Of a stretch of 64,000 nucleotides of DNA, positions 37,101 through 47,774 are shown in pieces. The DNA comes from Phoronis australis (lineage: Eukaryota; Animalia; Phoronida), in contig NMRA01000165.1 in NCBI GenBank assembly GCA_002633005.1, forward strand, positions 161,958 to 225,957. The letters run 5' to 3'. The first letter of the stretch is position 1. Every line of letters begins with the position of its first letter. The position numbers were made by a program, and so were the translations under genes. The notes beneath the pieces are model-generated. The model did not search any database and was not told the origin of the DNA. It was given only the letters and a program-made list of their open reading frames with translations.

Positions 37101-40100
37101 AAATTACTAACTCCAGCACACTTTGAGAGGTTAAAATGTGATTGAGTTTCGCTAGTTTGTTTCACCATTATTGCATGTGGTCACAGAATGATTTGCATGA
37201 TTGTATGCCATCAGAACTTTAATAAGATACTTCAAGTGTTTGGACACCAAACCTGATTGAATTTTCAGAATCTCTGTGTTATATTGAGGCAATTTCAGTT
37301 TAACTTTAAACTTTCAATGTAATGAATTTCTGTTACTGCGCAGCTGTTCATTTGTGGCACAGTGGGTCATGGGCAAGATTCCTCTGCTGCATCCAAGCAT
37401 TTTTGATGTTTTTTGCTTTTATTCCATTTTTCTTCTCTTGTCAAACAACCACTTTCACTGAAATGTACGATTATAATTGAAGATTTTTACATAATGCAAA
37501 TAATTACGAGTGTATTATTTATTGTCTTTTGCATTATTGCATTCACTCTTAAGGAATAGAAAGCAATGATCAATGGTAATCAAACTGATGTTGCAAGGGC
37601 TATTGAACAAAACACTGGCTTCTGATGAGTCTAGCTTCTTTAGAGTCCTCTCTCAAAATTGTAATAACGCACACATGCTATTCCAAACTTATGAGACTGT
37701 GTAATATTATGAAAACTTGTGAATAGAACTCTGAGCAAGCTAAAACTGGCAGAAGCCAGTGTTTTGTCCAAAACCACTTTCATTAGAGAGAAATTTCTGC
37801 CAACGTACACAAATGTTAATCTGATATTGGTGAAAGTGTTTACACTCCTGAGTACATCTATGTGTTGTAACCTTTCGTGTTACTTTCTCTGTCATAGATT
37901 GGAATTGCACAGTTGTTCGACTCAAAGAGCCGTTCTCAGTGTGGCTGAAGCTATATAGTAAATATTTGGCTGCGATTATTGAATTTATTATTTATAGAAC
38001 CAAAGGTGTTTTCTGGTCACAGTGGAGGTATTCCTACAGCTCTTTGGTTGCCAGGTGACAAACAAATCATCAGTGCTTCGGATGACAAAACAGTCAGGTA
38101 ATGCCTGAAATGATTAGCAAATGTATACAACAAGTCAAAAGTAATCAGAAAAAATATATTTCCCACCAGGGCGGTAATTAGTAATGACTCTTACAGCGAC
38201 AAAATGGCTTAGTCACCATGGTTGTTCATGAGGGAAGGTTGTGCTGACGATGAATTTAGGTTCAGTCTGCTCAGTGATTGGGAATTCTGAGTCATTTTGT
38301 GTAAATACTTTTGGTCTGTACTTTATATGATAATTTTCACTGGTGCCTAAACCATGTCTTGAATTTTTCATGTATATTTTATGGTTTCTTTTGCATGTGC
38401 TTCAGGTGATTCATGTGGAAATATGCTGACAATAAGGCAAAGCAAGTCGTATATATATTTCTGGTCTTTAATTCATAATTTTAGCTTCTTTAAGACAAAC
38501 TGTGTAATAGTCACAAGTAAGATAGGGGTAATATTTAATGAATATTGCAATAAGTGTCTTGGATCAGAAGCAAGGTAATCGTGCATAGTAACAGGCCACA
38601 CATATCTGAGATACTGAGTAATTCTACTGCTTAGCACACTCTAATAGTTCTATGCACAGCCATAAAATGCTGTGAAAACCTTCCAATAATTTGTTCATGT
38701 GTCCTTTCATTTGACTTTGATGAGAAAAAGAATTGGTATGCATCTTGGCTAGAAATTAATTGGTGTTCCTAGTTCTTGTTTTGTAACAAAGACTCCCGCT
38801 TATGTAGCAAAAGTCGATTGCATTTCATTGGTTGATAACAACGTTTAATATATGTATTCATTGTCTGCTAAAGGTTCGCTCATTAGTTCCTGCTTCTTAA
38901 GAAGAAAGAAAAACCCAAGAGCTTTTAAGACGCCTAAATTCTGCTTCTTGGTTTAGGGTAAACTTCATAAACTTGACATGCTCATAAATTTGATAAAGTC
39001 TTTTGTGTGTGCAAATGTAACACAATTTTGGTGTCTGATACTTGTCAGAGTAAAACCAAAGAACAGTAGCATGTTTAAGGCATGTAACGGAAGGTAGAGT
39101 TATGCATTTAGATGATATGTTTAACTAGTAAATTGAGAGAGCAAAAAGAAGAGATAAAAACACCTACATCCAGTTTCAGCATGTGTATGTACAAGAACTT
39201 CCCATCAGGTAAGGCAGCGTGTGAAAAATGGGAAACATTAATCTTCGGAAAACACTTTTATGGTTTAGAGTTTGGGCCTAAATGTGCACCTGCACAGTAA
39301 TAGCATAACATGTGCAGCCGGTGACTGTAGGAGCTACTGTTGTGTGATGTGTCTGAGTTTGTATTCCAGAGTGTGGGATGTTGACAGTCAATCAGAAGTT
39401 AAGAAACTGGAGTTCTCAGCACCACCTAGTGACATTGAACTCTCCAAGGATGGTGAAACATTGGTGATAACCAGTGGCAAGCTTGTCAGCTTCTGGTCAG
39501 CTCAGACGTAAGTTAACTCTACTGTGCTGTTTAAATTGCACTTTCTAACTAATGGACATGTTGAATTGCTGCTTTTTAGTGTTGAAGTTTATCTCTCAAA
39601 ATGCTTTTCTGAATATCTGCTGTCAGTTTCTCAAAGCCTGGGGATGTTTTGTGTTACAGATTTGAAAAGCTAAAGGAATTTGAAATGCCAACTGCAATTA
39701 ACTCAGCTTCACTGTGTAAGCAGAAGGGAGTGTTTATATGTGGCGGGGAAGACTTCAAGATGTACAAATATGACTTTGACACTGGTGCTGAGTTAGGTAA
39801 GGCTGAAGTTAACTGTGTTGCAAGTACCACAGCAATACTATTTGATTGATGACGGGCTTATATTGGAAGAGCTTTGAAAGTTACACAATGATGCGAGATT
39901 GAGTCACTTGGAACTCTGTCTTGGAGTAATGCAGTACAGGGATCATAAAAATGCTTTACGTAGTTATAGTAGTGACGAGTATTCAAAAACTTTTTGTCCA
40001 AGTATTTGATGAATTAAGTACTACATACCACTCGCAATGCAATGATTTTAAAAATTTGCTTAGCCTGTTGTGGTCTTCTGGCTTTAAACTTATCAGATAC

Positions 40101-41637
40101 CATACATGTTTGGTGTTGTGGTTTCCTAGATTCTGTGTGTTGTCATATTTTGTGCTGTATTTACAATATGTATTTTTATGCGCCCACATATTTATATGTG
40201 GCTTCATTGTGCTGTCATCTCCGTCAGTCGTCCGGGCGGCGTCCATCCCGTGTCCGCTGGTCTATGTCCAAAACCGTTTAACGTATGTTCATGAAATTTT
40301 GCACGTTTCTTTCATGGCTGGGATGGCATGGACGAACTTTTGGACAGATCCGAATACTGGTGTGCCCTCAGTGGCAATTTTATTTTTTTTACTTTTACCT
40401 CATTATCTTCAGAGGTCCTCAAGGTAATTTCATAAAATTTGGCATATAGGCATCTATTAGTGGGGGGAAGCTATCCTCCCGTCTTCGGATGTATTCGATG
40501 TAGTTTGCTCAACCTAGTGGCCATTTTTACTGTTTTCGAGTCCGGTTTTTTATGTCCACCCCTCTATCAACCAAACCGCTCTAAGGATCATTGTGAAAAT
40601 TGGCATGTATGTTCTTACTATGAAGAGGATGGCTGATGTTGACTTTGACTACTGTGGTGCCTCCTAGTGGCAGTTTAGTTTCTTTTGCGCCCATGGCTGT
40701 ATCCCCTAAACTGTTTCCAGGATCTTTACTAAATTTAGCAAATGTATTTATATGACATTGACAACAGAGGACCATGACTTTCAGGCAGTTCTGGCTATTT
40801 TATGAAGCTAACAACAGACTTTTAGGCGGATCCAAGGAACGCTGCACCCACTAGTGGCAATTACATCCAGTAAACTCAGAAACATTTCTCGAGTCTCGGA
40901 TGGTTTCAGTAATCTTGTTGGAAAATGAAAATAGAATCTTACCACAGTAAGGAATGTTACAAGACTCATTTTATAAGGGTAGAAGGCCCAATTTGATTTT
41001 TGTTTTTCTGCCAGCAGGTCAAAAGGCTACTAAATGCTGATGTGCAACATCCTGCTGTCAGGAACAAAAGTTCATCTTTCTTATAACTAAGTGGTAGAAG
41101 GGCATCAGATAGAGGTGCAGTAATCTGTGCATCCGTGAGTCAAGGAGCGAAAATGCCAACATTTTGAATACTGTGCTCATTTCTTTGTGTGAAGCCTAAG
41201 TTGTCATTGCTTTGGCACAGACAATATCCAACTGCTGCTGTGTAATAATTTTTGCTGTATGTGGTCAAGGTGTACAATGTATGGACTGTGGGTATGCCTC
41301 CTAGGACAAGCTCTTGTTCAATATTTTACTTCTCCCTTCGTCGAGAAGTCATAATCTCTGTTGCCAAAAGTTAAGTTACTTTCAGGAAAGATTTATTTGC
41401 ATTAGTGAAAATATCCTTGTTATTACAGAATCGTTCAAAGGTCACTTTGGACCCGTTCATTGTGTGCGATTCTCACCAGATGGCGAGCTGTATGCGAGTG
41501 GGTCGGAGGACGGAACGTTACGTTTGTGGCAGACAGAGATCGGTAAAACCTATGGTCTGTGGAAGTGTGTACAGCCAGAGGAGACAGTAACTAGTGCTGG
41601 GGAGGGGTCACCGCAGGTGGTGAAGGCAGAGGCCTGA
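34149..41637 (+). CDS. STRAP: Serine-threonine kinase receptor-associated protein (STRAP/UNRIP, WD40), 7 coding exons, 329 aa
   Basis: Exons 34149-34263, 35961-36096, 36928-37082, 37998-38097, 39370-39507, 39660-39796, 41429-41637. Peptides [76 protein letters not shown]. Confidence 0.95.
34509..35135. mobile_element. Palindromic MITE family A, complete, in STRAP intron 1
   Basis: Near full-length inverted repeat: TAGCATTTTAGTAGACAGTGACCACCGTCTCTAT ... ATAGAGACGGTGGTCACTGTCTACTAAAATGCTA; centre at about 34825. Confidence 0.85.
36567..36788. repeat. Decayed palindromic MITE
   Basis: AGTCCTAAGAAATCCAA ... TTGGATTTCTTAGGACT inner inverted repeat with AATAAACTG/CAGTTTATT outer arms. Confidence 0.55.
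40183..40860 (-). mobile_element. Family D (Helentron-like) repeat in STRAP intron 6
   Basis: TTTTTATGCGCCC start, (CGTC)-like microsatellite, and reverse complement of 23500-24190 blocks (CTAGTGGCCATTTTTACTGTTTTCGAGT, GGATCATTGTGAAAATTGGCAT). Confidence 0.6.
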
Positions 41638-42226
41638 AGATCAAAGGTCACTAAGACGTCAATACCCACTCAGTAATTGAACGTGTTAGATGGAGGCAGA
41701 GGAAGGAACAATGATCAAATGCAAAACACGAGTGGAGTTTCATGTTCATGAGTGTGTAATACAGAAGTGCCTCAAAACTCACTTATTTCGAAACGGCATT
41801 GTTTGATTGCACATAAGAAACAAAGAAAATGTTAACTTATTTTCAATGTTCATGTCTTTACTACTCCCTTTATTGTTCAGCGTTGCATAAACAAATAAAT
41901 GTTCCATAGCTAATGCCACTCACATGCTTTGTGAAGCTCACTAAGGCCTGGACCTCCAAACTAAAAAATACACTAATAACCAATTTACTCAAAGCATGTG
42001 CCGCGAATGGTCAGTTTTTGAGTTCCGTCTCGAGTAAAGCGTAATGGCCTCAAATCCATGGACACTTACACTGTAGTAGTTATCTCCTCATGTAGAATTG
42101 GGTCAAGCATCATAACAGCACGGCCTGGAGGTCAGTTCTGGTGTTAACACAACATTCAACATATCGTATCCACACAGTCATTGTTACAGTATTAAATAAC
42201 TTATTCACAAATTCATACATTAAGAT

Positions 42227-45200
42227 TTAGTCTTCACTTTTCTTTGTTGCTGGCTCAAAAGTGAAATGTGTTACAGAGCCATCTAGTGACGGGAACTGTT
42301 TAGGCATCTGTAATGAAATAGTTTATGATTACTATTGTTTTGCACACAGCAAGAAAATTGTTTCACCATCTGAAACCTTAATCTATTATAACAGCATGCC
42401 GCACTTTCAATAGTAAGGGAGCTGACATTTGAACATCACGATCATTTTAATGATCAAAAAATACTTTTCACCAACATGTAAACTGGAATGCTACTACAGT
42501 AAAACACGGATAAGTTAGATCCAAGCGGACTGACAGAATTTATCAAAGTAAGGCGAAATCTGATTTATCTGAAGAGGTGAAGCACAAACTAACCTATTAC
42601 TGGACGAAACAAGTTAAAGAGCATATCCAAGCACATCCGCCTTGATGATAGTCCAGCCGTAGTTATGAAAACCTCATTCACAACAACAAAGTTAACGTGA
42701 ATTTACTCGATACAGGAGTTTATTTCCAAAAAATAATCATAGATTGTAAACTTTCTTTACAAGCTTGTAGATACAAAAGTGACCTGTTTGTATCACCATT
42801 GCACTGATCATTAGCACAAGTTGCTGTTAAAATGCTGCTTCAACATGCTCGACGACTTCAGCATGCAGTGTATCAAAGGTCATAAGTCTAATAGCAAAAC
42901 TGTTGTAGGCACAGTATTGAAAATGCAGCGTTGTGTTATTGTTTTGTGGAAGCAACCATTGCTACTAATATAAACTTAATTGCAATACACATTGAAGTTA
43001 AAAGCCTTGTTAATGAACTGATTGCCAATAAAATTGCACGATACCATTTTTTGATAAACACAGGCACCTAAAGCACTAGAAATTACTGTGCTGCATACTT
43101 ACCACTGGTAAAAATTTGGGGTAGTCTTTTGTCAACATGTGAATGGCAAACGGCAGGACGAAGAAACAACAGAACACAAAGAACATGGTATGGCTGAAAA
43201 GAAACGAATGATCTTACATAATTGTCGTAAGCTGTTGGTTACATGATCTCCTGTTCAGGGCTTGGAATTTTCCGCGGAAACGCGGATTTCCGCTTTTTTC
43301 AAATGTGCTTTCCGCTTTTTTATAATATTTCCGCGTAAAAAAATCGGATTTTATATAAAATTTCCACGGCAAATTCCTTTTTTACCGCGGCGTTGCAGAC
43401 GACGTTCACCTCGAAAAGCGGAAGTTGGTCTTTATGTTTCGGAGGAGCGTAAATTGTCAACATTGCCGGGGCATCTGGGACACCGTGGTGGGATTTTCAA
43501 TGGCGTCTCGTGTTATTGTTAAGCGCGGCGACAAATACTACCGCTCTGCAGCCAAAGATGTGTGGGTTGGGAGTGGACAGGCGAGCTAAAAGAACGCAGA
43601 CGCATGCTACTGATGGTGGTAACGTTTTTTTTTTTTNNNNNNNNNNNNNNNNCAAGTTAAAACAGACTTCCATTCCAGCATGCAGTAAGTCTCCACCACT
43701 AATTGCTACTATTCTCATCTTCACTATGCAGATAACGAGAGCCATCCTAAAGTGTTGCTATGCAACTCAAATGTAATCCATACAATGCAACAAAAAAGGA
43801 AATGAAGGCAAAAACATTTTGTCACATACTAAAACTTGTTCAATCGTGTCAGTCTTTCATTATTAAGAAATTAATATTAAGTCTATAACCTGAATGGCCA
43901 GAGAGGTGTCTCCAAATGTGATTGCTTATTAACGAGGCAGCCCATTTATATTTCAGCCAAAACTTCTAAACGGCACTTACTAGGAAAATCTTGGCTCGAA
44001 TGTAGGATCAAATCTATCAGCAAAATACATGTCAGCATTCACGTTCACCTGAAATACACATTAGCAACAAACTGAACTGACTAGCACTCAAACGGTGTTC
44101 CAACAAACCTGGTTTATAACATTTGATAACTTATACACAATGCAATTTCATTATGAAAGACCATCTCCAGTGGTCACCTCACCTACTCAGGATGGTAAAA
44201 ATTCCTTAAAGCAAACCACGTGTTTGTTCGGCAGACTACATACGATTTCATGATGGTCATAGACATTAGGTAATGGCGTTGCGATTAGACTTGCATCAAC
44301 TCGAAACAAATTTTATAGAATGACCAGTTTATAGACCCTAAAGTTCCTAAGAGTGCATCATGGTCATTTGCTGTTATGGCATTCCATTTCACAAGTCTTA
44401 AGACAATTGTACTGTAGAGCAGTTTTCAAAAAAGTGTTTGGTGAAATTTGGCAAAATTTTGGAGCTAAAATTGGATGATAAGTTTCAAATCATTTTTTTC
44501 TATATTTCCTTTGACATTTTTGCCATAACCGCGATGAAGTCAGATTTTCAAAATTTCAACAACTTTTTGGAAAAGTAAACAAAGCATTATAGAAAACAAA
44601 GGCTATAATCTTTGATGTACATAATTACGGCACTGTTCCAGTAGCCACAACAGAACAGTATTTATAGTTTCTGAAAACAGCTAGCCCTACTGTAGTATCA
44701 CGTGACAGCATTGTAGGATGAGGGCTTGTTCCAAAAAGAGTCAACGATACTGATTTTTGTCTTTTGACTTAAGGCAGAGCTTTGACTGCAAATAACGAAA
44801 AATCAATTTTTTGACTTTCCGTTTCTCAAAAAGTTTTGTAATCTGTCTAGTTGAGCAGACTACGAACTGTAGACAAATTCTCTGACATTCAGGTTTTCAC
44901 GAAACAGCCTACGCCATCCATCCATGGCCTAATTTTTAAGTGAAAGTCACGAGACAAAAACCAATTGTCTCCTAGAAACAAGCCCAACAGCTTACTGGCT
45001 CCCCATAATTCCTCCTCATTTCTGGCATATCATAGTTCTCAAACGGATCTCTTGACTCGGGGCTCATCAAAGGCAGGTCAGGATAGTCACCAGCGCCCAA
45101 GCCATCATCCTTGACTGGCTCATAGTCTTCACGCCGCAGTCCATACTTCTTAGCGGCCGCAATTTTCTCTTGTTCAGTTTTTGGATAAGGACCTGGCTTC

Positions 45201-47501
45201 CAATCATCATTCCAGTCTAAAAGCAGCAAGTGATGGCAACAGAATGTAACACCAGACCACACCAAAAGCAGAATACAATAATAAATGCATGTATGTAAAG
45301 CTGCACTAACGTGTTTACTACACAGTGTCATGTGAAATTGTACAGAAAAAACGATCAATTATTAATACCGTTCAGTGCAGATGCTTCTCCACAGTAACAA
45401 GCTGAAAATGGTTTTCACCCATGTGGTGTTCTTTCAAGTTAGAACAAAATGACATACTCAACAAAATATTTGAAACAACAGGACACTCAAATGGAATAAT
45501 ATTTTCTGGTAAGGAAAACATCAATCCCAATACTTTTCAGAAATGTAATAGTGTACATTTTATAATTAAGTCAAAAGCCAAAATGTCATGTCCGCTACAA
45601 AATAAGTACCCAGAAATCCATCACCATCCAAAGCCTATTACTATGAGGACCCTGTAAATTCATGAGCCATTATGCACATTTCAGCAATGTTCCCTGCTAA
45701 GTACCTTTGAAAGTTACTAAGTTGGAAGAAACAAAAAAAACGAGCGATCATCAATGAAATGTATTAAAAGGTGAATATTACTAGAATTACTAGATGTTCT
45801 AAACAAGTAGAGGCCTACTAGAGCTCTATAATCTTATCAGGTCAACATGAAAATTACCAGCAACATGTGTTTCATGAAAGGATCAAAGCCTATTGTTTTC
45901 AGTTGAAATGAGAAACAAGATGGCAAAACTCACTACAGTACACTACTCCAAGTGTTCATCACTAGAAAGATACGTATAGTAACGCAATTTTGATAGCCAT
46001 TGAGAAGTGAAAGTAATTTGCAAACAATCTTCCGAGGTGAGACTTGATTAGGATGTGGTGATGTCTAAGAGTGCACCTGCTGTACGTGAACTTGGAATCT
46101 TGCTTGTTCTCAAGATTGCGTATGCGTGAACTTGGAATACACGAGGAAACTTGACAAGTTCACTCAAATAATCACGTTCACGTCGATAAAAAATTGTACA
46201 TCACTAAATCAAATTACATATTAATAAAATAACATAAATTTTAACCAATGTTTTTTGCAACTATTGGCGATTTTATTCATCAAACAATAATTGGTTTAAC
46301 CTTGCACATATTGAATTCCTCCGATTCCTTTGCTTGGCTTTGACACAAGATAAGGAAAAGGCGAAATAGGCGATTATAAGGCCAGTAATTACAAAAATTA
46401 CACTAAACAAAAAATTTCAACCGGTTGCCCAAATGAATATTCAATTCAGTTCACGCATACGCGATCTTGGGTAATTATTTACAATATGACGACATTGACT
46501 TACACATATGATTTCGGTATTGTTCAATTCCTTGCAACGTTATCGTTCTAAAAATACCACGATTTTTTTCCTACCCCGCTCCCTTAGTATTTTATCGCGA
46601 AATTTCTGCTCGCACTATTTCCCGGTACTCGGTTGTAACACCGCCATGTTGGAATGGAAGGAGTCACCTGGCGATCAAAAACTGAACTAATCTACCGACT
46701 TCTGCAGATTGTCGCTTTTCATAGGTTCAAATTGACCGAGACCCGTCTATCCCCTGCCTGCGTTACAGTCCCAAGGGTTCGAATTCGATCCTATGGTGAC
46801 CCTGGTACACATCTGCTAGCAAGAATCCACGAAAAAGCGGAGGTTGTTTTTGAGGTCCAACTTGGTGAAAAGGGTTTCACTTCAAACAATTTTCGAGGAA
46901 AATTGATCAAATGGTCAATTGTAAAAAATTTGGAAAAGGTAAAATGCCGCTACATGTTTCTCCATATTATGTCGGGAAAACTTTAGCGGGAATCTCGCGC
47001 GGGCAAACACCATTCACAATCGAGGATGCTGTTTCATTCATTAACAAGAGTTGAGCTAACATGGCGGTGTCAATCGGGAAATAGTGCGAACCGATATTCG
47101 ACGATAAAATACGGAGGAAACGCGGTAGGGGATACATTCATATATTTTTGGAAAGATAACGATGAAAGGAATCGAACGATACCAAAATCATATGTGTATG
47201 TCAATGTCGTCGTATTGTAAATAATTAAGCAGGATTCCAAGTTCACGCACAGCACAACTACCTTCGCCATTCATGCGCCTATGGAGCGGCTGGCAAAACT
47301 AGTCTGAAAACAAGACAAGGCAAACTAAAATGGGCTGAAATTGGCTACTCTACAATACAACAGTGCTTTTTAACAAGTTCTTGCACGACTTCACGTGAAA
47401 CCAAAAGTGAACTTACAATGTCTAACGATTGGAGCAGCTAGTGACCCGCTCCTCCTCATCGCAAGAGGACATAGCCTTGCAATTTGTGCAAGGGAAGCCA
47501 T
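42227..47501 (-). CDS. NDUFB8: NADH dehydrogenase [ubiquinone] 1 beta subcomplex subunit 8 (ASHI), 5 coding exons, 181 aa
   Basis: Exons 47417-47501, 44996-45216, 43981-44048, 43103-43193, 42227-42307. Arg-rich presequence, then DWKPGPYPKT...AAAKKYGL...DDGLGAGDYPDLP...RRNYGEP, one hydrophobic TM segment (TMFFVFCCFFVLPFAIHML) and C-terminal PKQFP...HFTFEP. Confidence 0.9.
43256..43636. mobile_element. hAT-like MITE family C copy, running into an assembly gap (N at 43637-43652)
   Basis: Reverse complement of about 5480-5853 with few mismatches; begins CAGGGCTTGGAATTTTCCGCGG. Confidence 0.75.
46078..47255. mobile_element. Long-TIR MITE with a second MITE (46109-46472) nested in its left arm, NDUFB8 intron 1
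   Basis: Outer arms 46078-46105 plus 46473-46650 pair with 47055-47255; inner TIR CAAGATTGCGTATGCGTGAACT / AGTTCACGCATACGCGATCTTG. Confidence 0.75.
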
Positions 47502-47774
47502 TTGCAAATTATTTCTATCTCTCAACACAGGAAATCGGCTTTCATAACAAAACATATCCTACTTTATTCTTTGGACATAAAGATTTTGATATCCATTCTG
47601 AATTTTAAATCAAGGATATAAAAGAAAACAATTCATTAATAATACTTATATTTTGATAATTTTCTTGATTTTTTTATCTTGATTCGATCTATTTATACAA
47701 CAGAAAATTTTAATTTTGTTATTTTTGACCTACATAAATGAAATTAGGTCACCTGAAAAACGTGAAAAGCAGTC
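47502..47774. promoter_or_regulatory. Bidirectional promoter NDUFB8/COX17 (273 bp between start codons)
   Basis: Divergent ATGs at 47501 (-) and 47775 (+); very AT-rich core. Confidence 0.75.

Noticed and set aside
43653-43760. Candidate NDUFB8 exon next to the N gap
   Set aside because: Candidate acceptors give in-frame stops; the exon at 43103-43193 completes the protein in phase.
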